Source: Callorhinchus milii (lineage: Eukaryota). From it: a DNA stretch of 64,000 bases. A program made the position numbers and the translations under genes. The notes under the pieces were generated by a model. That model was given only the letters and a program-made list of their open reading frames with translations. It made no database searches and was not told the DNA's origin. Of the stretch, positions 36,501 to 50,028 are shown in pieces; position 1 is the first letter of the stretch; each line of letters begins with the position of its first letter. The DNA lies in NCBI RefSeq assembly GCF_018977255.1, contig NW_024704762.1:7502001-7566000 (forward strand). The letters are read 5' to 3'.

Positions 36501-37957
36501 CAATTGCATAGAATTCACTTTAAATCCTAATTAGTTTTTCTGGAGTTGCCCCACGTTTTGTCCTCTCTATTACTAACTGCATCTCAAACCTCCTGCCCCT
36601 GGCTTTTATTGTGCACCTCAAGCCGTTTGCTTTGTGCTACTTGTGTTGGTCCCTTGTTTATATGGGCTTCTGTATATGAAGTGCATATTCAACAGATGCT
36701 ATTTGAAAGGAACAGCAGCGAAATCATTATCAAATCATTAAAATAATAGATAAAAGCCGTGTTCAAAGAGCGCAAAGCAGCAACGATAACTTGGAGACTG
36801 TTGCTAAGAGGTTTTTGCATAAAAGCAATTAGCTGCTGCAGTGGTTTATTGCTTTTAATTTATTTTTTGAAATAAAAGGTTATGACGTCAGAACAGTTAC
36901 TTGATGAAAAGCGTGGGGTTTTGTTCGATGAGGTGGACTGAGAGCATTAGGGGATCAACACTGATTATCCACTATTCAGCAGAAGTTGTCTATAAAAATG
37001 GCATGTTTAAAGACAAGGAACCACTGGGGTAAAATCTCACCTGGGTCTTCAGTTACTCTTGTGTGGAATTTGAAGCAATAATTTGGTCACTCAATCAACT
37101 ACTGTTTGTGGGATACTGTTATGCGCAATTGGCTGCCGAGTTTCGCCCACAAAATACACAGTCAATTCCCTTTACCGTGTAATCTGTGAAGCGCTTTGAG
37201 ACGTCTCGAAGACGTGATAAGGTGCTGTATCAAATGAAAGGATTATTATTAACCATCTTATTATTCAAAAAAGAAACGCGGGTCACTGTGGAGAAAATGT
37301 GTTCATTGGGCGTTGCTGAAGATGTGAGTGTGCACTCTGACTACCTGGAGAAGCTGGAGGAAGGTGGTAAGAACAAACACTCACTGTCTGACAATAAAAC
37401 TCTGGTCCACTGGTCTTATTCACGAGCCGAAAGTAAAAATGCGCGTGATATATTTTGTGCTTTTTATACGCACAAGATGTTTGGAAGTGGCTTTAGGAAC
37501 CTGCACCGCACACAATCTTCTTGTGTGCGGCAGTGTCGTACATTGGAGCTCCATTGACTCTCGAATGCGTGTTGGCTCAGTTACTAAGGACACTGTCAAA
37601 GGCTTGGCATCTGCTTCCTTCCATTTGTTGCCAGTACAGGAACATACAGTCTGTCCCATATGGCATAGGGTGACGTGGATCACACGGTACTGTATATAAC
37701 GCCTGGATTATGTGTTTGTTTCAACATTTAAGAGTGGGAAAAGTGCCCATCTCTGGAGTGAAAGAATTGTTGGGAGCAAATGTTAACTCGTTCTTTGACC
37801 CGTGTATACCAAACATTTTTCTTATTGAGTTGTCCTCCTGTCACGCTACCCCTCGTGAAGGACCCTACATAAATGCAAGTTGTTGCTGTTGTAATGTGGG
37901 ACAAGCTTTTCTTTAAAATTTTTGGCCTGAGTCTGAAGTAAAACAAGTAATAATCCC

Positions 37958-38056
37958 TAGAAGTTCTGACGAAAGGTCATCGACCAGAAACGTTAACCTG
38001 CTTTCCTTTCTCTATAGATACTGCCTGACTTCCCAGCGACTTCTGTTTTCATTTAA
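37958..38056 (+). mobile_element. Penelope-like element terminal remnant with hammerhead-like core
   Basis: AGTTCTGACGAAAGGTCATCGACCAGAAACGTTAACCTGCTTTCC...AGATACTGCCTGAC...TTCTGTTTTCATTT resembles the PLE terminal repeat common in cartilaginous fish (recalled). Confidence 0.6.
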
Positions 38057-41000
38057 TTTCTATTATTTATTATTATTAATAATCTTAATTTAAGGTATAT
38101 TCTGCGAAGCGCTTTCAGACATCTCGAAGATGTGATAAACCGCTATATCAAATACAAGGATTATTATTATAATCCCGGGTATTTTATTTAGAAAATAGAA
38201 GGTGTAGGCTCCTTGGAATAAGACATCCTTATTGAAAAATGGTGCAGTCTCCTCTGACCTTCCCAGTTGGTCAGTGGACACCAGGTGATTTATGATGCTA
38301 ACATATGTCAAACTCATAATAATTAAGTGTGATGGACAGGTGCTCCACAGTGTTACAAATGCTCCACTGTTAATAAGATAATGTGACCACAAAGAGGATT
38401 TTACTGACTTGAGGCTTGAAAGTATGTCAAATGCAAGGATTATTATAATATTCTAAAGCCTTTAGCCAAAATGTCCCAGCTCTGCTCTCTCTCAACCTCC
38501 CCCCACGCACCCCCACTGGCTTCTAACCCTTGATAACTTAGTTACCTGTCTTGTAACTTTAATGGCTCTCATGTGGAATAAGCATCAGTGGGTGCTGAAT
38601 AAAGTGTATCTGGCTGTAAGTAAACATTACAACTCTGTAATCATTGACTGCATTTGATCTAATAAATATCAAAATTTTCCAACTATAGCGGAGGGCCCAA
38701 AAGTTATTAATCTTCTCTGACAGTGTGTACACCTTTAAGGGGACTCCATACTGATATTTGTCAAAGTGACTTTATAATGGCTCTATCCCATAAATTCTAC
38801 AATGGCCTTCAAACTGCAAGAGAAAACTGCCTTTAATCTTTCTTTCATCTTCCAACGAGAATAGATCTGACTCCTTCAGCCTCGCTCTCCATAACTCATT
38901 GATTTAAGACTTGGTGTCAGGGCTCATTGCCTGTCTTTGATCCCATTCCAAAGTTGAGAGCCTTGGAATTGTGAGTGTACTTATAATTGTCTTGGAGTTA
39001 TTCTCATTGCTGCTGTGGCGTGTTTACATTGCCCGTAATTTCCGAGCTGATTTTGATAGAATCTGGTTTGTTCTGACAGTCTGGTACTAACATCCTTCTA
39101 CCCATTGATTTCCAACCAACAGTGACAATGCCAGAATGCAACGAAATGTGCACGTTTTGTGGCTTCCAAGTTTTAACTTTAATTTGCTGCCTATTGAAGC
39201 TCTGGGTAACTACTTTGCGGGTTGCGGTGGTATTTCTAAAACAACTCTTTATTCGTTTCATCCTTTGCAGTGAGCTATAAATGAATCTCTGTACCTGAGA
39301 TGATAATAATAATAATAATTCTTGCATTTGATACAGAGCCTTATCACGTCTTCGAGACATCTCAAAGCACTTCACAGAATATACTGTAAAGTGAATTGAC
39401 TGTATATTTTGTGGGCGAAACGAGATGACTTTGGGGCGCCGTTACTGCGTTTTTTTAAACAGTTGTCCCGGGGGATATTAAAGGGAGCTAATGCATCGGG
39501 AGAGAAAATTTGGCGCCACGTTGCCTTCGAGTCCTCACAAAGACTGATTTTGGAAAAGCTCACTGAATGAGCTTCCTCTCTTTGTGCTGGTTCCCTTTTT
39601 GGAACGGGATGAATGGAGCCTTTGGGATGTTCAGCGGCTTGTTAATGGCACGGTGCGGAGAAGCGAGCACTCCCGAGTGTGGGAGGTCGTCAGGCGAGTG
39701 GGGGTGGTGGGGGGGGGGCAGGGAGCTGTCACGGGTTTGGGCTGTTCAGAGGTTATGTACGGAATGGATGGTACTTCGACTATTGAGTGAGTTTAAAAAA
39801 AAGATACAGGGGGAAACAAGACTTGGGATTAGGGTAACTGCCTTCTAGTGGTCTGCTATGGATGCACTGAGTCAAATAGCTGCCTCCTTTCCAGTAACGA
39901 TGATGATGATGATGATAATAATAATCCTTGCATTTGATATAGCGCCTTCTATAAAATGAACTTAAAAGTGGATAGACTATGGTTTGTGGGTGAGACGTGG
40001 CAGCCAATTATATAATTATACAATAATACTTATAGAATTGTATATGATAATCCTAGCATGTTTACCGTTTGCTGTAGGGGCATTAGTTTGTTATCTTTCT
40101 CTGCTCTTTAATCCTGGTTTGCTTTCACTTGTTTTTCGGCTGTACTTGCCCCGGCTTTTAATTTCCGTCTCACTACCATCCACGGTCTCCGCATCTTACA
40201 CCAACCAAGACTGTGTTCAGTGGCACTTTCCTCTCTCTCTCTGTAGAGGCTTTTGTTTTTTTTCTCTCTCTCTCTATGCCGTAATTTCTACAGGATGTAA
40301 AATATCTCCACGTACTGTGAAGGCCAGCATTTGAACTGTGTTCTTGGAATGGGGGAGGGAGGGGTGTCCTAACATTCTTCTGGCTGTAACATTGGGCTCA
40401 CATGGTCTGCGGTCATCAAAGGTTTAAAGCTACTCAGCTTTAAGCACAAAACAATCCGACACACAAAACGTTTTATTTATTTGTTTATTTGTTTATTTAT
40501 TTAATACTGATAATAATCTCTGTATTTGATATAGAGTCATATCACATCATTGAAACACCTCAAAGCGCTTCACAGAATATACTGTAAAGTAAATTGCTTG
40601 TTTATTTTTATGGGCGAAATGCTGTGTTTCACTGTATTTAATTAATTCCAGTACAATGAACAATATGCAACAGAAATCTAGCATAACTAAGCTTGCATTG
40701 CATCGTATTCACGACCGTTCTTTACAAGCCCTCACCCCGTATGGTTGATGGAAAACTGGGAGCTATATTCCCAAGTATGGTTTGCAGCCGGTGGAGTCCT
40801 GCCATGTGGAGCGGAGCCTGTTGTAAAGTAGTGATGTTGGTTTCTGAATGGCTCTGTCCCACCAGGGCACGTCCACACAGTGTTGGAATGTCAGAGGCAC
40901 CTCATCCTCCGCGAGGCTATGCGATGAAGTAATGTGACACTCTGCCCGATGCTCAGATTACTCCACATAACGGCAGCCAGTTCTGCAGGAACTCTCTGTT

Positions 41001-42534
41001 CTCGTATTTCTCTCCAAGATTGTCTACCTCGCTGGCGGAGCTGAGCATGCTCCTTCCTCAGTGTTTTTTTTTTTGTTTCGACGCATTTGTTTCAGACACG
41101 AAACAAAGCGAGTTTGTTCAGCTGGCAGCCAAACCAACCAAATGGCCTTCAATCTTATACAACCTTTTGGCTTGGCTGAATCTTCTTTTTACACACATGA
41201 GCAGAAAATCACCGGAGTTCACACACGACGTCATAGAATGTTGCAGGGCCCATTTGGTTCACCTCATGATCTCTGGTGGTTTTTGGCCTGCCAACTGCAA
41301 TCGACTGTTTGTGGGACACTGCTTGCTGTGCGCAGTTGGCTGCTGCGTTTCGCCCACAAAATATAGTGAATTCACTTTACTGTGAAGCGCTTTGAGACGT
41401 CTCGAAGATGTGATGAGGTGCTTCATCAAATGCAAGGATTATTAATATTATTATTATTACTGTCCCAGTCCCTCCCTTACCCTTTAATACACCTCCCCTT
41501 CAACCATCTATCTAATTCCCTTTTTTTTTAAAAGAATTTATGGATTGCCTCAGCCTTGGTTTGTGGCCAGGAATTCCACATCCCTGCCACCCTCTGTCAA
41601 AAGGATATTTTTACAATCCCTCTCCCCTTTAATTCTTTTTATAATTTTCTTAAACTTGTGCTCTCTCTCTCTCTCTCTCTCTCGATCTCTCTCTGTATTT
41701 TTTTTTGCCAGCCTTTGCTGTAAAGGAGAGCGTTGGGAATGAATGAATATTGTAACTGAGGAGGGCGATGCTTTGCAACAGGTTGGCGAAACTTCAGTGG
41801 GCAGCAGCCCCACACCATTTTGTTGTTAACTCTCTTGCCTCCTTCAAGTCCCATCTAAAGACCTTCCTGTTCGACTGTGCCTTGGTCAACCCTCCATTTT
41901 TCCTGACCCCAACTCAGGTCCAAAAACCCCCGACTGTCCAGGCGCCCTGGGACATCTTTGCGACGTCACGGGCACTATACAAGTGTAATTTGTTGTTGTC
42001 AACCATTTATTTCGTATTGCTGTTGATTGTTTCAACAATCAGCGCTCCTAATCGCATCGTTTCTTTTGCTTTCATTTTACATTGGACTTCTAGTAATCAG
42101 CTGCACTGGCTTGCGTTTTATTTTTAGACGCCGAGTCCTCACAGGTAGAACTGAATAACGCAGCGTTGCTAAACATAGCTCTGTTGTGTGTCAATTAGGT
42201 CGACTCATGTTGCCCAGCATTGCTCGGAGCTTTGCTACTTCCTTTTAATCAGGAAAGATACAGTGGAAGGTTTTTTTAAAATAATATTTGAACATTTAAA
42301 ACGCCTGTGCTTTCGCAAAGCAAACGTCAATCTTGTGTACACGCACACACCGTGGTCGTTTTTAAGCTTTAGCCTAGAATATAAATGTAGATCGTGTGAA
42401 GCGCTCCGAGACAGTGCCCTGCAAGTTGTTATTGTTGTTCGATCATGTGTCTAGTTTGTTTTCTCTATGACTTTGTAAGTCTTCAGCACCTTCTGAAGGA
42501 CGTGTTAACCCTTTGGGGTTTTATATAATATAAT

Positions 42535-42843
42535 ACAATAATAATCCTTGCATTTTGATATAGCGCTTTTCACGTCTTCTCAAAGCGCTTCATACAAGAG
42601 ACTGTAAAATGAATTGACTGTATATTTGTTGGTGAAACACGGCAGCCAATTGCGTACAGCAGTGTCCCACAAACAGTCGGGGATTGAGTGACCAAATTAT
42701 TATTTTTATTTTATTTTTTTCCCTGAGGGATTATTATCAGGCTTGTGGGATAAGGAAACTTGCCAAAGGTTTTGCCCTGCCGGAAATCAAACCCAGGTCT
42801 CTCGCTTGCGAGGCGAGTGCTCTAACCACTGCGCTACAGGAAT
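42535..42843 (-). mobile_element. Full-length SINE, majority-type body
   Basis: Tail AATCCTTGCATT... through to head ...GAGTGCTCTAACCACTGCGCTACAGGA. The inner tail hairpin is partly deleted. Confidence 0.9.
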
Positions 42844-45794
42844 CCACTGTAGCTCACTTTTATTTTAATTGAGATGTCGATGTCCGATCCAAAAACCGAG
42901 ATGATTTGAAAGGAGGGTGCTTTGATATCATTAGTGTAGTTCCTGCCAGGGGAGTAACAAGTTAATGACATTATCGGCTCAGCACTAGGATACTGCTGAC
43001 CATGACGTCATCGGCTTTGTGAGCCCTCAAACCTGTTTATAACTTGGCGGAGACGAGCTCATCTTATCCCCTGCTTTGTGAGAAGCGTAATCAAACACGA
43101 TGGGAATGATCGCCTCGCTGCTCTGTTAAACTTTTTAGCGCTTAAAGGTTTATTTATTACGCAATATGTCTTCCAACAAGTCGGGAAACGTTAGAAATGC
43201 AACCAGAAGAAGTGTGTCTCATATCATTTAAAGGTCCTGAGAAGAAGCGCTAGAGTTTCTTAACAGCACCTGAATATCTCAAAGTGCTTTACAATAGTTG
43301 TCGAGGGTGGTGACTTGTCCCTTTGTTGTCAAATAGCAGCAGCACAGTTTGCGCAGCGAGAGGTTCCACAAAAAGATGAATTACCAGTTTTTATTCTGGT
43401 TGACCACAACACAAGGAGAAACCCCTTCTCCTGAGATCTTTAAAAATACCAGTGGAAGCTCTGTTAAGAGGAAATTCCTCTACGGGGTGGGTGGCTGAGT
43501 CTGTGATGGCAGGTCAGCCTGCGATATGCCTTGAAGCTGACTTTTAGTTGACCTCCTCTTCAGAAGGAATGGTAATGGACTTAACGTGACTTTTTGTCAA
43601 ATACTTGAACTTTATGCTCTCCAGATTGTGAATTGTCTGCAGATTCCACACTGGAATGGGACTTCACTGGAGTCATTTTTTTTTTAACTTGCATAATAGC
43701 TAGAACATTTGAGTGTTTTGTTTGCTGGTTTTATGTTGATCGGGGTTGATTTTGATGAAGCAACGCCCGGGCTGGATTTGACAGGCTGCGATCTCGAAAA
43801 GAATAGTTTGCCTTTTTGTTGGTCGGGGCCTAATTCTATAATGAGATGAAACTCTATACAACATTCTAATCAAATCACCCTCAGACTGCTTAAAATAACT
43901 CAGTAGTTCTTCAGATTAAGTTCAGATTTTTACCTAATTACGAGGCTTTTGTCCAAGAAAACCCTGAATGGAAACAGATTTTCAGTCCAGACTAATGTTA
44001 ACCAAATGACTGCAGGTTCAGACAGAGACTTGCACCCAACTATGAGGAGACGCACATCTTTAGGTTAATGACAATTTAGTTATTGTGTGAAGGGGGGTGG
44101 GGGGCCGGGGACTTATAGGCAGTGAAGAAGAAAGCCAGTTCGAATAGGTGCAAAAGTTTTTGAATATAGAGAGCGAGATTTCCCCTTGTTTCCTTGGCTC
44201 TTATAGTGTTTTAAAAATGTAGGATTGCCAAAATGTTTTGTACTTACATTAGGATTTTTTTTTAGCGACAAGACTTTAGTGTGACGCGTAGAAAGCTGAA
44301 TCTTTGTGCCTTTTATTTTTAAAAAAATCTCTTCGATTGTCTTGTTTGAAACTAGTTTTTTTTTGTGTGGCTTTAATATTAACGAGTGTTTTGCCTTTAG
44401 TGAGGAGGTCTTGACTTTGATACCTCGAGGATCGGTCTCGCCAACAACAGCAATAATAATCCGTGCGTCTGATATACCGCCTAATCACGTCTTCGAGACG
44501 TCTCAAAACGCTTCACAGAATATACTGTAAAGTGAATTGACTGTATAATTTTGCGGACGAAATGCTCTTATCACCCTGGCTCTTTCCCTTTGCGGACTCC
44601 AACCCATCCAGAACGCCATGCCTCCCTCTCCTGCACCAGCTCTTTCCAACTCCCTGTTGCTGGGGGGGTGGGGGGATCTCTTTTAAATCCCTCTGCTGTC
44701 TTGTTCCACCCTCTCACTGTGGAATGTTCTCCTGTGTTATTTCCCAGCCTGTGCTCTTAACACTTTAGTCTCCGCTTTACTGCTTGCGTCCTACTCCCTC
44801 CGCCCAACCATCCAAAGCCCAGCACTGCCCTGTCCTCTGGAATTCTGTTCCAAACACCCCTTTGCTTCGCCACCTCTTTCCATACATGGAAATCACGCAG
44901 CAAGCAAGCAAGCAAGCAGTAAGCTACACTCAACTCCCTTAGGTAACTTTTTATAGCGTTGCGTAGCAATTCTGAACATGGGTTCCCTTTTTAAACAGCT
45001 GTAAAATTGCACAACCATATGTGCCCGGACTCCTCTTTTTTTCCACTGCCCCCCCCCACCCAAGGAAGTCGAGGAAAATGATCGCCTTGTATGCATTTTG
45101 AAGAAGGGAAGGAAAAGGCAAAGTTAAGTCCTTTTTGCCCCACCCCAAAACGAGTACCTCGCTCGTTCACCCTTCACAGGCAAAAATCCGATCTTGTGAG
45201 CTGCAGCTTTATCCTTACTTGGATTTGTAGTGCGCTGACACAATGGTATGTCGGGCCTGAAACCAGTTTGTGTGGGGAGCAAAGGGAAACGAAGCTGTAT
45301 GTTACCCTGTGAGCACTGCTGCCCTGTGGTATGCAGACACGCAGGAATTTCAGAGCCTTGAAGCGAGCAGCAGGGTTGGCTGTTCGGTAGGTTGGGTTAC
45401 CCGGAGCACGTCTGCTTTTATTTTCGATCAGCAATTGGCAGCCCGTCGTGAACTGTTCTGTGCAGGTGACCATGGAACTCGTTCATTGGCAGTGCTCTCC
45501 CCCCTCTCTTTGGGGTATCAGCTCACAAGGAACTGCTTAAAGCCTCGTACCCAATGTTTTAGTTCAGGAGAAACAAAATCCCTCAGAATCCCCCATAAAC
45601 GGTTTCCGTTTCTGTTGTCAGATTAGCACACTTGCCTCTGGGTCACAAGGATGTGGGCAGGTCAAGCTCATATTTGATCTCAGATTCTAGGCTGACTTTC
45701 CAGTGCAGTACGCAGGTGGTGGTGGGGGGGACACTGCATTGCTGGACGTGACATCTTATGTTCACAGGAACGTTAAAGATGCCGCACTGTTGTA

Positions 45795-46095
45795 ACAATA
45801 ATCCTTGCATTTTGATATGGTGCCTTATCACATCTTTGAGACATCTCAAACCGCTTCACAGAATATACTGTAAAGTGAATTGATTGTATATTTTGTGGGC
45901 GAAACACTGCAGCCAACTGCGCACAGCAGAGTTCCACAAACAGTCGTGAATTGAGTGACCAAAATGTATTTATTTTTTTGAAGGGATTATTTCCCCCGGA
46001 AAGCCAAACAGCCATTTGACAAACAACCAGGTTGATACTTATTGTTAGGTAAACAGAGGCGTGTGGAATAAGGAAACTTGCCTAAGGTTTCGCCC
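45795..46095 (-). mobile_element. Long-variant SINE lacking most of the tRNA head
   Basis: Tail, core and the extra CCCCGGAAAGC...GGTAAACAGAGGCGTGTGG segment shared with the 52905 copy. Confidence 0.85.
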
Positions 46096-49000
46096 TTGTT
46101 TTTGTTGTTGAAAAAGCAAATGACATTTTTCTTTGTCCCAGCCAACAGTCTTCCAGATAAGTTAACCGTTCACCCCATGGCTATTCTCAGCACTTGCTTT
46201 TTTGCTCACAGAAAACGGTTACACTTGACCGTGATTACTGTAAAGCGCTTTAGAATAATAATCCTCGATTTTACACCGCCATTCACATCGGGAGGACGTC
46301 TCGAAGCACTTAACAGGATTTACTGTAAAGTGTAGTGACTGCGTATTTTGTAGATGGATGCTTTGAGATGTTTTGACTTGAACGCAAGTCTTTCTTTCTA
46401 ATTAACGGCCAAACCGTTTGCTGTGTCTTGCTCACACTGACTGCTCTCTGGTGCGAGGAATCCAGGGTTCGTTCCAATTATATCCCAGCAACTCTGGAAA
46501 GACTCAGTCGGGTCAATCGCTTGTAAACTGGAACCCCCGTAGAAATTGGAAGTAGCCTGTTTTGCAAATCAGACGAAAAAGAGGCGTAAGAGACTAGTTT
46601 TGCACATGGGTTGTTCACTTAACGTGATCTCTAACGTGAATGGGGAGGAAGGAAGGAAGGAATTGTAGAGTTGCAACCTCTGTCCTGGGGCCAGATATGT
46701 TACGGGTAACCTCGAACCTTTGTTTTTCTCTCATTTCAACAAAATTTCAGTGATTTATTCACCAATTTAATCCTCTGCTAATATCTCAAGGCAAAGCCAT
46801 GTCCTCTGTGGAGGATTCCACAAAGGAGCAGCATGGAGTTTTAACCTGCCAGCCTTGTGTTCACATAACAAGGTCGATGTGCTAGTTCCTTGCTTATGTG
46901 TAGTGTCTACAACAGCAGTGTCTCAAAGTAATTGCTGTCAACTGTAGTGACTGTGTATTTGTAGGCAAATGCGGCAGCCGATTTGTGCTTAGAAATGTAA
47001 ATGTGTATTGTTGCACTGTATTGCAACTTTACTATTCTTACTTTTCCCCCCCAAGTTGGATAAGTCTTGTACAAAATGCAAATTGCTGGCTAGAAATCAG
47101 CACTCAATCTTCGACTGTTTGTGGGACACTGCTGTGCGCAGTCGGTTGCCGCGTTTCGCCCGCAAAATATACAGTCAGTTCACTTTACGCGTATATTCTG
47201 TGAAGCGCTTTGAGACGTCTCGAAGACCTGATAAGGCCTTATATCAAAGGCAAGGATTATTATTATTATTATTAGAGAGGGTCTTCAGGACAGGAGGAGG
47301 GGAAAGGAAAATGGCAATTTAAAAACAAAAAATAAGGTAAATAATACTGGCTGATATCTGGTACGACAGAGTTGGCAGCATCATCCCTATCTCCCAGTTG
47401 GTGCTGACAGTGTTTCTTAATCCGAATCACCTGCTGTCCTCCAACCCTCTATGTATGTAACTGGGTGTATTGTATCTTCTAAACTCTCTGACGTGTTTTA
47501 TTTCCCCTTCACCCCCCCCGCCATCCCTGTGTTTGGATCCCGTCCCTGCCCTAACGCAGCATAGGCTGCTGCTTACACTCTTCCACACTGAGATTGAAGC
47601 GAGCCCCACTTGTTTTCAAAACAGACTATTTTCGCACTGAAGCTGAGTGAGACTCAGCATGACTCTGCTGTAATCCAAAATGTGTAAACACAGGCCTCTG
47701 TTCTGCTTAAGCCATCTTAAACTGATCTTAATTGCTCCTGAAGTTTGGTTTAGAAAGCAAAATATTTTCCTGTAAACACTGCTGAATGCAGTCACATGCG
47801 TCATTCACCGTTTTTTTTCTTAAGCTGTGTTTCCAGTTCAGTGAGCGAGGATTTTTTTTTATTTCTAAATTGCTGAGGTTTGCAAAGCTAAGGCTGCAAA
47901 TGGAATGAAGTTTGAGGTTATGACTTTCTTTGACATTGCTGCTGTTATGGAGAGCTTTCTCCTCCCGAAATACAATTGAAAGCTCAATATGAGTAGGAAA
48001 TGGGGATGGCTTTGTTGCAGATAAGAGAACAGTATGGATATGAGGGAGGGGCGTGTGTGTGTCTCCCTCCCTCTCTCTTGCGCTCGATGTACTTAGCTTG
48101 AGCAGATCTCTCTGTGTCATGCTACGTAAGCATCTGTGACTTAATGTGGTTAAGAGGATGTGAGAAAACTAATCCAGACAGCAGGATAGTTGTAGAATTG
48201 ATCAGAATGCCTTGCAAGAATCAACCACAAATTACATTTGTATTGTGCCTTTCACATCAGGAGGACGTCCAAAAGCGCTGATATACTGTAGATATGTAGC
48301 ACCAGCACCTTTGTCTGAGCTCATGTATGAAGAATGTCTATTGCAGCAAAGCTAGAGCTCATAGCACGTAATTGGAACTCACCTCAGCCTTCAGCAGAAG
48401 AGTTGCTACAACATTCAGTGGAATCTACCTCTCTTTTTTGCTCTCTCTCTCTGTGTTTTTTTTTGATCATCCGGGTGTCTCTCTGGTACTCTTGTGAGTC
48501 TTTTTCAGTGTTGTATCGTAACGGGTCACAATATGTCCTCAAAATCAAAACCAGCAACCTGAATGCCAACAAATCTTTCACTTAAAGGCTGGAGGTTTTG
48601 AGCCATTTTACCAAGACTTGATTGTTGGAAGTGGAAGGGAATTTGAGGATGCTGAAGGAGCAGGGAATGAAGCAGGAAAATGAGGGTGGAAGGTGTTAAT
48701 TAATTAATCCTTGTATGTGATGTAGCGCCTTATCACGTCTTGGAGACGTCCCAAAGTGCTTCACAGAATACAGTGTAAAGTGAATTGACTGTATATTTTG
48801 TGGGCAAAACCCGGTAGTCAATTGCACGCAGTAGTGCAAGTGGTCGGGAGGAGCAAGGCTGAGAAAGGCTATAATCCATAGCTACAGAGACCTTTCTTTG
48901 GCTTAATTTGGAGCGAGTCGTAAAGGCGGAAAACAGTCAATGATTAGAGCCAAGGGGAAACCCACTAGCACAACCGCAGGAGCAGGCCTCTCATGCCTGA

Positions 49001-49707
49001 TGTGGCTATTCTGAGGAATTGTACGAGGTCTTTTCGCTTTACTACAGCTCGGCTTTCTTGGAACTGAAGTTGATTGTAAAATCCAGCTGCGCCCAACCTG
49101 GTGTTAGAGTTTAAAGGGGTTGGGCCGCTTGCGATTACAAAAAAAATTAGAAAAAAAAAGTTGTTTATACGAGCGCAGGTAGTTTGCGTTGTTGTTAATG
49201 TTTAACATTGAATGGGCCACAGTAACCCCAAAGCTTTAACCCTTGAGGAAAATATTGTAGACGGTCTTTTGGGGACTGGAGGCGGTGTCGTGCTCTGCCA
49301 CTGTCAAGCGCTCTGGGACGCTACGCTGCGTGAGGGGTTCTTTATAAATGCAAGTTGTTGTCGTGGCTGAGAGGAAGGCTGTGCGCAATATTCAATCTAC
49401 GAATCAGCTTCAGTGCGCGCAAATTGGCTAAGGCGTCTCTTACAAAACACACAGTCACTACACTTTACAGTAAATCCCGAGAAGCTCTTTTGAGGCTTCC
49501 TTTACGAATTGAAAGGCGCTATATCAAATGCAAGGATTATTATTATTATTATTATCCTCACGATGTGGAAGTTGCTATAAAATATCCTGTGCAATTCAAC
49601 AGCCTGCTGCCTTGGTACTGGAGGCTGTGTAAACTGTTTGCATTTTAGGAATAAAACTGATTTAGGGGGGAAGGAAGAGGTGTCCAGAGTCGCCAGTAGC
49701 CACAATG

Positions 49708-50028
49708 TCCTGTAGCTCAGTGGTTAGAGCACTCGCTTTGCAAGCGAGAGACCTGAGTTCAATTCCAGGCAGAGGGTGAAACCTCGGGCAAGTTTCCTTA
49801 CTCCACACAGAGCCTAATAATAATCCCTTCAAAACCCCAAACAATAATAAATTGGTCATTTTCAATCTACGACTGTTTGTGGGACATTGCTGTGCGCAAT
49901 TGGCTGCCGCGTTCGCCCACAAATATACAGTCAATTCACTTTACAGTGTGTTCTGTGAAGCGCTTTGGGACGTCCTCCCGACGTGAAAAGCGCTATATCA
50001 AATGCAAGGATTATTATTATTATTATTA
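49708..50028 (+). mobile_element. Full-length tRNA-derived SINE with Deu-like 3' core and L2-type tail (minority subfamily)
   Basis: A box TAGCTCAGTGG at 49713-49723; anticodon-like arm CTCGC-TTTGCAA-GCGAG (tRNA-Ala-like); B box GAGTTCAATTCC at 49755-49766; core TGTGGGACATTGCTGTGCGCAATTGGCTGCCGCG; tail hairpin at 49960-49993; (TTA)n end. Confidence 0.92.

Noticed and set aside
36820-36857. 10-bp inverted repeat TAAAAGCAAT/ATTGCTTTTA
   Set aside because: AT-rich, short and not extendable; compatible with chance.
49708-49780. tRNA-Ala(TGC)-like sequence as a real tRNA gene
   Set aside because: Acceptor and T stems do not pair properly and it continues into the SINE body; the same head occurs on six or more repeat copies.
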